From the NCBI GenBank assembly GCA_965226495.1, contig OZ245365.1, forward strand, positions 4,736,001 to 4,800,000: a stretch of DNA of 64,000 nt. Direction: 5' to 3'. Position 1 is the first letter of the stretch. Each line of letters opens with the position of its first letter. The notes beneath the pieces are model-generated. The model saw nothing but the letters and a program-made list of their open reading frames with translations. It was not told where the DNA came from and did no database searches. This stretch comes from Candidatus Marinacidobacterales bacterium. Its GTDB lineage: Bacteria; Acidobacteriota; Vicinamibacteria; Marinacidobacterales; DATDRI01. Below are positions 49,991 through 59,735 of the stretch, piece by piece. The translations under genes and the position numbers were made by a program.

Positions 49991-51416
49991 TCTCGCAGGG
50001 GCAGAGCTCTCGCAAACTACTGAAGCTGTATATTCCCGTATTGTGTCCGTCCGACCAGGAGGGCTGGATGGCGTAGTTCCCCACCGGATTGATACCGAGG
50101 GGACGGAAGTCCGACGGCAAGAGCAAGATGAGGTTCTTTCGCTTCCCTGTCCACTCATCGACACAAACCGCACAGGGACAGTGGTTGCGCAGCAGCTCGA
50201 ACGAATAACGCGAGTCGTGACCGTCCGCCCACACGATCCGTAATTTGCCCTCGCCTTCACTGATTTCCTTCGGCTTCGCCGAACTGCCACTCTCGTGGTT
50301 CACGACCGAGGCGGCGGCGGCCACACGTTTAGCGATCGTAAGATAGGCCTGAGAGGTGGGAGAGTCAGGATTCCTAGCCACGATCGGCTCGCCTTCGTCC
50401 CCGCTGGCAACGATTTCCGGGTCGATGGGGATACCACCCAGGAAAGGCAGGCCGAGCTCGCTGCAGATTCTTTGGCCTCCGCCCTGGCTAAAGATGTGAG
50501 TACGCTCCTGGCAGTGGGAACACTCGAAATAACTCATGTTCTCGATGATGCCGAGCACCGGGACCTGGACCGGTTGGAACATCCGAAGCCCCTTCTCCGC
50601 GATCGTGCGCGCAACGTCCTGGGGGGTCGTAACGATGACCGCACCGGTCAACGGCACACTCTGTGTCAGGGTGAGCTGAACGTCACCCGTTCCCGGCGGC
50701 AAGTCGATGATCAGGTAATCGAGCGCTCCCCAAGCGACGCCGGCGAGGAATTGCTGAATCAGCTTGGTGGCCATCGGGCCTCGCCAAATCACCGGAGTCT
50801 CCTTGTTGGTGAGTAGGCCCATCGACATGAGCTTCACGCCGTGGGCCTCCACCGGGATCAAGCGGCGATCCGGATCGGCCTCCGGTCTCTGGTCCACGCC
50901 GAACATCGTTCCTTGTGAAGGTCCGTACACGTCGGCGTCACACAATCCGACAGAAGCCCCCGTCCGTTGGAGAGCCACCGCCAGGTTCGCGGCGACGGTG
51001 GACTTCCCGACTCCGCCTTTCCCCGACGCTATGGCGATCATGCTCTGGATCTCCGACAACGGAGCCGCCTGGGCATGCTGGCCAGGCTGTCCGGCCGGTC
51101 TGGGATCGCGAACCGGCGGGGTCGAGGAAATCTGAACATTCACTTCTTCGATTCCAGGAAGCCCTTTGACCGCCGCTTCAGCGTCTGTCTTCAGCCGTTC
51201 TTTCACCAAACTCGCGGGTGAGCTGCGTTCTATATCGAAGCTAATAATGGGGGAGCAAATCTTGATGTTCTTCACGAACCCCAACGACACGATATCTCGT
51301 CGTAGATCCGGGTCCTGAACCGTTTTCAGCTTCTCTAAGACGTCGGCCTCATCAATACTGTCAGGTTTTCCAGACCTGTCAGAGGAGTCCGCGGTGTCGG
51401 CCTTGCCCTGCTGCAT
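49974..51416 (-). CDS. mrp: Mrp/ApbC Fe-S cluster carrier ATPase with N-terminal DUF59-like and C-terminal DUF971 domains (HCF101-like)
   Basis: V.DPDL..DIVSLG, GKGGVGKST, WRGPM, DLPPGTGD, ENMS...C..C, W.DGH...LR..CPCA.C, GNYA. Confidence 0.93.
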   Translation of the reverse strand: MQQGKADTADSSDRSGKPDSIDEADVLEKLKTVQDPDLRRDIVSLGFVKNIKICSPIISFDIERSSPASLVKERLKTDAEAAVKGLPGIEEVNVQISSTPPVRDPRPAGQPGQHAQAAPLSEIQSMIAIASGKGGVGKSTVAANLAVALQRTGASVGLCDADVYGPSQGTMFGVDQRPEADPDRRLIPVEAHGVKLMSMGLLTNKETPVIWRGPMATKLIQQFLAGVAWGALDYLIIDLPPGTGDVQLTLTQSVPLTGAVIVTTPQDVARTIAEKGLRMFQPVQVPVLGIIENMSYFECSHCQERTHIFSQGGGQRICSELGLPFLGGIPIDPEIVASGDEGEPIVARNPDSPTSQAYLTIAKRVAAAASVVNHESGSSAKPKEISEGEGKLRIVWADGHDSRYSFELLRNHCPCAVCVDEWTGKRKNLILLLPSDFRPLGINPVGNYAIQPSWSDGHNTGIYSFSSLRELCPCEKCAQP

Positions 51417-51528
51417 ATTCCCTCCGTGTGAATCGCCGACCATTATAGTCACAATGTCGACAGTCCCCCATTCGGAGCGGATCCCTCCCCTTGGCCTCAG
51501 CCGAGTCGCCGGACTATGATGTTGAGCG

Positions 51529-52455
51529 ATGCCAGCCATCCGTTGTCACAATCTCTACAAAACCTACGATGGGCACGTCGAGGCGGTTCGAGGCCTGGAC
51601 CTGACGGTCGAAGAGGGCGAGTGCTTCGGCCTTTTGGGGCCCAACGGTGCCGGCAAGACGACCACGATCGAGATCCTAGAAGGATTGCTCCCGCCTACCG
51701 CCGGCGACGTGGAAGTGCTAGGTCGGCGCTGGGGAGAGCACGATCAAGAGATCAGGGAACGGCTAGGGATCTCCCTTCAAGAGACCCAGCTCTCGGAGAA
51801 GCTCTCCGTCGCCGAAACCCTCAGCCTCTTCGGCAGCTTCTATCGGAGGCCTCGCGAAATGGACGGGCTGATGAAGGAAGTTGGATTGCTCGAGAAGCGC
51901 TCGAGTTGGGTGGGAAAACTCTCCGGGGGCCAAAAACAGCGCCTCGCGGTAGCGAGTGCTCTAGTCGGCGATCCGGAGCTCTTGTTCCTGGACGAACCGA
52001 CCACCGGGCTCGATCCCCAGTCGCGCCTACAATTGTGGGACATCGTTCGCGGCTTCAAGCGACGTGGCCGAACCGTCCTGTTCACAACCCACTATATGGA
52101 GGAAGCGGAAAGACTCTGCGACCGTGTGGCAATCGTGGACCACGGCAAGGTCATCGCGCTCGGCTCGCCGAACGATCTCATTGCGCGGTTGGGAGCAGAA
52201 CATGTGGTGGAGTTTTCGGTGGACCCCATGACCGGACTCGAGCCGGAGGCGTTTGCTTCTTTACCGGCGGTGCGCTCCGTGCATTTCGAGAACGGCATCG
52301 GCGCACTCACAGTAACCGAAGTCCACGTCGCCCTACCCGCGTTGCTAGAGAATCTGCGTTCTCAGGGAAAGAAGCTAGTGGGTCTTAGCACGCGACACGC
52401 AAGCCTCGAGGATGTCTTCGTCTCTCTCACCGGAAGGCATTTGCGTGATGATTAG
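51529..52455 (+). CDS. ABC-2 type transporter ATP-binding protein
   Basis: [33 protein letters not shown]. Confidence 0.95.
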   Translation: MPAIRCHNLYKTYDGHVEAVRGLDLTVEEGECFGLLGPNGAGKTTTIEILEGLLPPTAGDVEVLGRRWGEHDQEIRERLGISLQETQLSEKLSVAETLSLFGSFYRRPREMDGLMKEVGLLEKRSSWVGKLSGGQKQRLAVASALVGDPELLFLDEPTTGLDPQSRLQLWDIVRGFKRRGRTVLFTTHYMEEAERLCDRVAIVDHGKVIALGSPNDLIARLGAEHVVEFSVDPMTGLEPEAFASLPAVRSVHFENGIGALTVTEVHVALPALLENLRSQGKKLVGLSTRHASLEDVFVSLTGRHLRDD

Positions 52456-53482
52456 ATTCCGACCCTTTTCCCAACTACTGACCGCTCGTTTGCGTGAGGC
52501 ACTCCGGGAGCCGGAAGTCATTTTCTGGGTCTTTGGGTTTCCCATCCTTATCGCCCTCGGATTGGGAATCGCGTTTCGCAACAAACCTCCGGAGCGAATC
52601 TCCCTAGCGGTGCAAGAGCACACCGAGGCGGCCGCGATCGTAGAGCTTCTGAACGAAAGTCCCCAATTCGACGCGCGGCTGCTCTCCAACCAGAATAGCG
52701 CCTCGCAACTTCGCCTTGGCAAGGTGGCACTGGTCCTCGTGCCCGGCCGCAGTTTCGAGTATCGATTCGACCCCAACCGGCCGGACAGCCTCCTCGCGCG
52801 GGCGCTCGTCGATCAATTCCTCCAAGAAGCCGCAGGCAGAGAGGACCCCATCGAGAAAATCGAAACACCGGTAAGCGAGCCCGGGGCCCGCTATATCGAC
52901 TTCCTTATTCCCGGTCTCATCGGTTTGAACCTTATGAGCGGGGGCATGTGGGGCGTAGGTTTCGTCACGGTGGACATGAGAAGCCGCAAGCTGCTCAAGC
53001 GCCTGGTCGCGACTCCCATGCGCAAGGGCGAGTTCCTCTCCGCATTGATCGCGAGTCGCATTGTTTTTATGTTCATCGAGGTCCTGCTTCTGCTCGCCTT
53101 TGGATGGCTGGTCTTCGACTTGGTCTTGCGAGGCTCGTTTCTCCTCACGTTGGCCATCGGTCTCTTGGGAGCGTTGTGTTTCGGCAGCCTGGGGTTGTTA
53201 GTGGCGAGTCGGGCCCGGAAGGTCGAAGCGGTTTCTGGACTCATGAATCTAGTGATGCTTCCTATGTTCGTCTTCTCCGGAATCTTTTTCTCGTCCGATA
53301 GGTTCCCCGACGTGATCCAACCTGTCATCCGCGCGCTTCCCCTATCTGCACTGAACGACGCCTTGCGGGCGGTCATCATCGAGGGGGCGGACTTCTCCTC
53401 CCAAATCGGAAGGCTCGCTATCCTAGTAGCGTGGATGGTGGTGAGTTTCGCAGTGTCTCTGCGAATTTTTAGATGGAGTTAG
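52448..53482 (+). CDS. ABC-2 type transporter permease
   Basis: FW...FP, YIDFLIPG, LKRL..TP, SGIFF. Confidence 0.92.
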   Translation: MIRFRPFSQLLTARLREALREPEVIFWVFGFPILIALGLGIAFRNKPPERISLAVQEHTEAAAIVELLNESPQFDARLLSNQNSASQLRLGKVALVLVPGRSFEYRFDPNRPDSLLARALVDQFLQEAAGREDPIEKIETPVSEPGARYIDFLIPGLIGLNLMSGGMWGVGFVTVDMRSRKLLKRLVATPMRKGEFLSALIASRIVFMFIEVLLLLAFGWLVFDLVLRGSFLLTLAIGLLGALCFGSLGLLVASRARKVEAVSGLMNLVMLPMFVFSGIFFSSDRFPDVIQPVIRALPLSALNDALRAVIIEGADFSSQIGRLAILVAWMVVSFAVSLRIFRWS

Positions 53483-53503
53483 ACAGGAAATTCATCAGGG
53501 GCG

Positions 53504-53695
53504 GACAGCCTTGAGCCCGAGCGCAGCGCGAACGGAGTGAGACGCGGAGCGAGTAGCGAGCGGGGAGAGCCGTCCGCCGTCGCGCAGGCACCGGTTGCCG
53601 AAGCGACGAGCATGGGGGTGGGGCCCCGTGCAACTGAGAGATTGCGGCCCGCGAGCGCTAATAAATGCCTGCAGGCGCGCCGGCTCAGGGCTGTC
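53504..53695 (+). repeat. modular REP-like element (about 123 bp, inverted copy of 49786-49907) plus an opposing head
   Basis: Direct alignment by eye, about 90% identity. Confidence 0.9.
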
Positions 53696-53714
53696 CTTCG
53701 CCTCCGAGCACACC

Positions 53715-54764
53715 CTATTTCAGCGAGTCCATCACCTCATCCAAGGCTTCCTTGGGAGGTCGGAGCTTTTCCTGAGAAAGGTGCGCCAGCGGTTCATCCA
53801 CGAGATTGAGAAGCTCCAGAAAGTTCTGGCGGTTAGGATCCACGTAGAGCAAGCCGGTAATAAACTGCTGGTCCTGCATCGCCCCGCGCAGTAGATCCAA
53901 GGCACGGCGGGCATCGGTGGGATCGTAGCTGCGCTCGAGCTTCTTGAGCACGATACGAGAACCATCGTGAAGCTCCACTTCCATGGCAGTTCCCTCCTCG
54001 TAGTCCACTTCAATTTGCTCGAAGTAAGGAACGAAATCCACCTCATGAAGCATATCTTCGTTCTCTTTGCCCCAAGTGTAACTCTTGGTGGAGCCAGGGT
54101 GATTGTTGAAGGTCACGCAAGGACTGATGATGTCCAGAACCGCCGTTCCTTTGTGAGAGAGAGCGCCCTCGAGTAGAGCCAAGACCTGCTTCGGATCGCC
54201 CGCGAACGATCTAGCGACGTACGTGGCGCCCAGCTCAACGGCCATCGTGCACAAATCGATCGCCGGCAAATCGTTGACCACTCCTGTTTTCAATTTGGAG
54301 CCAAGGTCCGCAGTTGCGGAAAACTGACCCTTGGTGAGTCCGTAAACGCCATTGTTCTCGACGATATAGACGATGGGCAAATTCCGACGCATCAAATGAA
54401 CGAACTGGCCAACACCGATCGAAGCGGTGTCACCGTCCCCGGAAACGCCGACCGCCCTCAGGCTCCGATTGGCGAGCACGGTCCCAGTGGCGACCGAGGG
54501 CATGCGGCCGTGAACCCCGTTGAACCCATGGCTCTTGCCCAAGAAATAGGCCGGTGTCTTTGAGGAACAACCGATCCCCGAGAGCTTCGCCACTTGGTGC
54601 GGGCGAACACCCAGTTCGTAGAACGCCTTGGTGAGCTGGCTACTGATGGAATCGTGGCCGCAGCCGCTGCACAACGTCGAAGGTTGCCCCTTGTAGTCGA
54701 GCAGCGCGAGGCCAATGCGATTCGTCTTCTTGGGGGGGCCGGGGCGATCTGTTACGGTGGCCAT
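53715..54764 (-). CDS. korB: 2-oxoacid:ferredoxin oxidoreductase beta subunit
   Basis: C.GCGH, SGIGCS, HGR, GDGD, NNGVYGLTKGQ.S.T, SPCVTFN. Confidence 0.94.
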   Translation of the reverse strand: MATVTDRPGPPKKTNRIGLALLDYKGQPSTLCSGCGHDSISSQLTKAFYELGVRPHQVAKLSGIGCSSKTPAYFLGKSHGFNGVHGRMPSVATGTVLANRSLRAVGVSGDGDTASIGVGQFVHLMRRNLPIVYIVENNGVYGLTKGQFSATADLGSKLKTGVVNDLPAIDLCTMAVELGATYVARSFAGDPKQVLALLEGALSHKGTAVLDIISPCVTFNNHPGSTKSYTWGKENEDMLHEVDFVPYFEQIEVDYEEGTAMEVELHDGSRIVLKKLERSYDPTDARRALDLLRGAMQDQQFITGLLYVDPNRQNFLELLNLVDEPLAHLSQEKLRPPKEALDEVMDSLK

Positions 54765-54773
54765 CTTGAGCTC

Positions 54774-56654
54774 CTATATTTTTTTCTTGGAAGGGGAAGA
54801 GTTGGACGTCGTCTTTTCCCGACCCGCGATCTCATCGGTCACAGAGCGTGCATCGATGGGCAGGCCGTTGTAGTGAAGAACGCTTCTGATCTTGTCCTGC
54901 GCTCCGGGCTCGCTCGAGACCTCGAGACGCAGGAGCTGTGCCATTTGCGCATCACGATTCTGCTCCACGACGTAAACTCGTTTGCAGGATCGAATGAACG
55001 ATGCGACCTCTTCGTTGAAAGGCAGGGCGCGGAGACGAAGATAGCGTGTCTTGAGGTTTTCATCCGCCTCTAACTGATCTCGTGACTCCATCACCGCCCA
55101 GTGCGAACTACCGAATGCAATGATCCCGATCTCCACATCGGCCTCACCAACAACCTCGGGAGCGGGGACGTACTTCCGCGCCGTCTCGAACTTGCGGGCC
55201 AGTCGATCCATATTGTTTTGATAATCGCCGGGTCGCTCGGTGTACTGGGCGTTCTCGTTGTGGCCGCTCCCGCGCGTAAAGTAGGCGGCCGCAGGATGGT
55301 CGGTTCCGGGAAGCGTTCGATACGGGATTCCGTCGCCGTCGACGTCACGATAGCGCCCAAAGCTGCCCAGCTTTTCCAAATCTTCCGCTGTCAGAACTTT
55401 CCCGCGGTCGAAGGGCTTTTCCGGATATGGGAACGGATCCGACATCCAGTAATTCATTCCCAAATCCAGGTCGGAAAGGACAAACACGGGGGTCTGCAGA
55501 CGTTCGGCGAGATTGAACGATTCGGTACCGAACTCGAAACACTCCTCGACCGAAGCCGGGAGAAGGCAAACATGCTTGGTGTCGCCATGCGATAGAAGAT
55601 GGGTCGACATGACGTCTCCTTGTGCCGTTCGCGTAGGAAGACCGGTGGATGGACCCACCCGCTGGATATTCCAGATAACGACCGGGATCTCGGCGTAGTA
55701 TCCGAACCCGACGAATTCCGACATCAACGAAATGCCCGGCCCACTGGTGGCGGTCATGGAACGCGCGCCCGTCCAGCCAGCGCCGAGCGCCATGCCGATG
55801 GCGGCCAATTCGTCTTCTGCCTGCACAATGGCAAAGGTGGCTTTGCCCGTCTCTTTGTCGACCCGATATTCCCTCATGAAATCGATGAGCTGCTCGCAAA
55901 CACTGGAAGAGGGTGTGATGGGGTACCAGGTCACCACGCTTACACCGCCGAACATCGCTCCCAGCGCGGCCGCTGCGTTACCATCGATCAAGACCTTGCC
56001 CTCGGTTTTGTTCATGCGTTCCACGCGAAGGGGATCGGTTTTGGTGAAATTTTGCTGGGCATAATCGAAACCCATGTCGATGGCATTTTGATTGAGCTCG
56101 ATCGCCTTTTTCTTCGACTTGAACTGTTTGCTGACCGTGGTCTGGATCTCTCCCCTGTCGATAGACAGCAACTGACCGACGACACCGACGTAGATCATGT
56201 TAGCCAAGAGTTTTCGGAGCTTGACTTCCGGTATCAATTCTTTGGCTAGCTCTGCGAACGGAACGGGGTAGTACACCAGATCAGAACGCGAACCCTCGAG
56301 CTTGAGCGTTTGCTCGTAGACAACGGCCGCACCCGGCCTCAGGCTCGCAACGTCCTCGTGCGCCGTCTGAGGATTCATCGCCACCAGGAAATCGACCTCC
56401 TTGCGGCGAGCGAGGTACCCGTGCTTGCTGGCTCGAATCGTGAACCAGGTGGGGAGGCCGGCGATGTTCGAAGGAAACAGGTTCTTGCCGCTGACCGGAA
56501 CACCCATGCGAAAGATGGAACGCATGAGGACGTTGTTGGAGGATTGACTTCCCGAGCCGTTAACGGTCGCTACTTGAATCGAAAAGTCGTTGATGACTGG
56601 CTCTGGCTGAGCCTCCCGCTTATGCTTCTCACTCACCGCCGCTTCTGTAGTCAA
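54774..56654 (-). CDS. korA: 2-oxoacid:ferredoxin oxidoreductase alpha subunit (gamma-alpha fusion)
   Basis: NGSGSQ, YPITP, QAEDE, TATSGPG.SL, QR.GPSTGLPT, VEQN. Confidence 0.94.
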   Translation of the reverse strand: MTTEAAVSEKHKREAQPEPVINDFSIQVATVNGSGSQSSNNVLMRSIFRMGVPVSGKNLFPSNIAGLPTWFTIRASKHGYLARRKEVDFLVAMNPQTAHEDVASLRPGAAVVYEQTLKLEGSRSDLVYYPVPFAELAKELIPEVKLRKLLANMIYVGVVGQLLSIDRGEIQTTVSKQFKSKKKAIELNQNAIDMGFDYAQQNFTKTDPLRVERMNKTEGKVLIDGNAAAALGAMFGGVSVVTWYPITPSSSVCEQLIDFMREYRVDKETGKATFAIVQAEDELAAIGMALGAGWTGARSMTATSGPGISLMSEFVGFGYYAEIPVVIWNIQRVGPSTGLPTRTAQGDVMSTHLLSHGDTKHVCLLPASVEECFEFGTESFNLAERLQTPVFVLSDLDLGMNYWMSDPFPYPEKPFDRGKVLTAEDLEKLGSFGRYRDVDGDGIPYRTLPGTDHPAAAYFTRGSGHNENAQYTERPGDYQNNMDRLARKFETARKYVPAPEVVGEADVEIGIIAFGSSHWAVMESRDQLEADENLKTRYLRLRALPFNEEVASFIRSCKRVYVVEQNRDAQMAQLLRLEVSSEPGAQDKIRSVLHYNGLPIDARSVTDEIAGREKTTSNSSPSKKKI

Positions 56655-56747
56655 CTTGGGAATCTCCGGATAGGCCTGCTCGAGCTTAGGGCATTAAGAC
56701 ATGATAACAAATCACTTAGGCTTATTGAACCCGCTTCGACAAGAATC

Positions 56748-56802
56748 TTGTCGGCAAGCGGCTTCGGTACAGCCGATGGCTCCTCGCGCAGGGTGCAGTG
56801 AG
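56748..56802 (-). repeat. partial copy of the relA-flanking element
   Basis: Reverse complement cactgcaccctgcgcgaggagccatcggctgtaccgaagccgcttgccg matches 48795-48843. Confidence 0.8.
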
Positions 56803-56905
56803 TCTTCAAGCACCCTGCTATCCACCCTGGTGAGGGAGAGCCTCTTCTGAGCCCCTCGGTTTCCAGCATACAAAGTGCCTCTGTTCGTCGCAAGAGTTCG
56901 TGGGC

Positions 56906-58313
56906 CTATTTCCGACGAGCTCGACCCAATTCCGGGTTGCGCCTCGGTACAGGCTTCCGAGATACGCCGTACCGGGCGATCTTGTAGTGAAGGGCCCGCG
57001 GACTGATGCCGAGGATTCTCGCCGCCTTCTGGCGATGGTCGGTGACCTCTTCCAAGGTCTTCCGGATCATGATTTCCCACCTTGCGCAGGGGTGTCCCGA
57101 GGGGAACGTAGACGTCCCGGGCGGTTCCGTCGGAGCTCACCAGTTCGGGTGGCAGGTGCTCCGGGCGGATGGAGGTCGAATGCACCGTGACCGTCATGCG
57201 CTCGATGACGTTCCGCAGCTCCCGAATATTGCCCGGCCAGCCATAGCGCATCAAGATCTCTAGAGCCTCCCGACTCAGCTTCTTGGCTCGCTTTCGGTTC
57301 ATTCGCGCGAACTCCTTCAAGAAGCCGTCGGCCAACAGCGGGATGTCTTCTCGCCGCTCGCGTAGGGACGGCAAGTGAATCGGCACCACTGCCAACCGAT
57401 AGTAGAGGTCCTGACGGAAACGGCCTGCCTCGACTTCTTCCTTCAAGTCCTTGATGGTGGCGGTGATGATGCGGACGTCGACCCGGATCGTCTTGCCGCC
57501 GCCCAGCCGCAACAACTCTTTCTCTTGCAGCACCCTCAAGAACTCCACCTGCGTCTTGGCGGTCATTTGGCCCACTTCGTCCAGAAGCAGAGTGCCGCTG
57601 TGAGCGAGCTCGATCTTCCCCGCCTTGGTTTCGCCCCCGCCGCTGAACGCTCCCCGCTCGAAGCCGAAGAGCTCGCTCTCCAAGAGCCCTTCGGGAAGCG
57701 CACCGCAGTTGATCGTGACGAACGGACCGTCGCGGCGATCTCCACGCTTATGGATTGCCTTGGCCACCAGCTCCTTCCCGGTACCACTTTCCCCGGTGAG
57801 AAGCACGGTGGCATTGGTAGCAGCCACCTGAGTAGCCACTTCGTAGACTTCCGTGATGAGTCGACTCTTCCCCACTACCTTGCCATACTCGTCTTTCAAG
57901 GACAGCCGTTGCCTGAGACTGCGGTTTTCCTGCGCGAGGCCCCGCTTCTCCAGCGCCCGCTCTACCAGAACCGAAAGTCTCGCGAGGTCGAGTGGCTTGA
58001 GAAGATAGTCATAAGCCCCCTCCCTCATCGCCGCCACGGCGGCCTCAATGGAACCGTGTGAGGCGGTAACCATGACTTCCGTTTCGGGTGATCGCTGCTT
58101 GAGCTGCGCGAGGCGTTCCGCCCAGTCGTTGCCGAGAGTTCCAAGATCCAAGATCACCAGACCGTACTCGTTTCTCGAAGCTCGCTCCGTGGCACCGTCG
58201 ATCCGCTCAGGGGCATTCACGGAAAACCCTCGAGGACTCAAGGCCTCGACGATCGATTGTCGTTCCCGCTGCGATGGCTCGATGACCAGAATCCGCTCTC
58301 GCAGCGAAGGCAT
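56906..58313 (-). pseudogene. NtrC-family sigma54-dependent response regulator; frameshift before the Fis HTH
   Basis: REC + GESGTGKE, ESELFG, GAFSGG, LLDE, FRQDLYYRL, WPGNIREL; HTH (KAARILGIS..ALHYK) lies in another frame after about 57078. Confidence 0.85.
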
Positions 58314-58879
58314 GGGCTTACTGTCCCCGTCGGCGGCTGGAGGCGATTTCCGCTACTCCAAACTCTCCCGCATAACGACCGAACCGTCGCAATGGGAGCG
58401 CGGATAGCTGGGTCCGGGACGGCCCACTAACGTCTTTTGAAAGAAGGACTTCTGCCCGTTCGCCCCGGGTCCCTTTCCTGACCTGCATTGTTTGCACTCG
58501 ACCCAAAACTAGCCCATACCGAGTAGGTGGTCAAATGACTCCGGGAGGACTGTGATTTGGGCCAAAATGGTGTGAGATCGATCGATCAGCACCTCTGCAT
58601 TTCTTGCGTTGTAGACATGACGAGTGTCGGGCGTCGTTGGTCGCGCTGGTTCACATTACCTGAAGCCGCCTCCACGCTTGCCGCCAAAACGGAACATCGG
58701 CAAGGTCCACACGTGGCCGGGCGGCGGTTCAGTTCGTTGACAGCGACTCTGTGCCGACTCTACACTGGCACCTGGCTAAGCCGATGGAGGCAACCAGACA
58801 TTTTGGTGCCCTTCACATTTTGGGCGGCGTTGCGGCCTTCTCGGCTTTATCGATAGAGGATCACGAAAGGGAGTTGATC

Positions 58880-59704
58880 GTGAGGCCTACGTGGAAAGGT
58901 TTTCTCAAGCTATCGTTGGTCAATATACCGGTGCGAATGTATCCGGCCGCCCGCTCACAGTCACTTCACTTCAATCAGATTCACAAGACCTGCAGTACAC
59001 GAATCAAATACGACAAGAAATGCCCCACGTGTAATTGCAGTGTGAGCAACGATGACATCGTCAAGGGCTATGAGCTCGCGAAGGACCAATACGTAATCCT
59101 CGACGCCGAGGACTTCGACAAGGTCCAGCTGGAGTCCACCAAGTCCATCTCCATCGTCCAGTTCGTGAGCGACGGCGACATCGACCCTGTGTACTACCAC
59201 GGATCCCATTTTTTGGTTCCGGACGGACCGGTTGCGATCGAGAGTTACGCAACGATCCGTATGGTAATGGAGGAAAAGCGACGCGTGGCACTCGCCAAAG
59301 TCGTCCTCAGCGGAAAGGAACAGGTCATGGCCATCCGCCCGAAAGATGATGGCCTTGTCATGTCCGGCCTTTACTACGGAGACGAAGTGCGGAGCATGAG
59401 CGCCCTCGAGGAGCTCCAGAACCAACCGGATGCCACCCCACAAGAGGTCGAGCTCGCCGGCCAGCTCATCGACAGCATCACCAAGCCGTTCCACCCCGAG
59501 TCGTTCGAAGACGAGTACCGCAAGCAGTTGCTCGACATCATCACTGCGAAGGCGGATGGCAAGGAGATCGTGGAGCCACCCCAAGTCGAAACAGGAAAGG
59601 TCATCAATCTCATGGACGCTCTCAAGAACAGCCTCGAGCGGGCACGAACCCCTGCCGCAGAAAGCGACAACGAGGAGCTCCCGGCCACCGGCACGACTCC
59701 ATGA
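58880..59704 (+). CDS. ku: non-homologous end joining protein Ku
   Basis: GTG start with GAAAGGGA RBS; W.G...SLV.IPV, IVKGYE, ID..Y, F.P..F.D.Y, VINLMDAL..SL. Confidence 0.95.
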   Translation: MRPTWKGFLKLSLVNIPVRMYPAARSQSLHFNQIHKTCSTRIKYDKKCPTCNCSVSNDDIVKGYELAKDQYVILDAEDFDKVQLESTKSISIVQFVSDGDIDPVYYHGSHFLVPDGPVAIESYATIRMVMEEKRRVALAKVVLSGKEQVMAIRPKDDGLVMSGLYYGDEVRSMSALEELQNQPDATPQEVELAGQLIDSITKPFHPESFEDEYRKQLLDIITAKADGKEIVEPPQVETGKVINLMDALKNSLERARTPAAESDNEELPATGTTP

Positions 59705-59735
59705 AGTAGAACACTGAGGTGGGTCGGCTCCTCGA

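Noticed and set aside
49632-50243. ORFs containing WGWGP/WGPTP peptides (also near 8043, 46383, 48714, 53595)
   Set aside because: These are translations of the GGGGTGGGGCCCC repeat, not proteins
56712-56905. C-terminal extension of the 533-aa sigma54 regulator ORF
   Set aside because: Out-of-frame read-through after the frameshift; the real HTH ends at 56906
58764-58782. sigma54 promoter TGGCAC...GC before ku
   Set aside because: GG-to-GC spacing is 11 rather than the required 10
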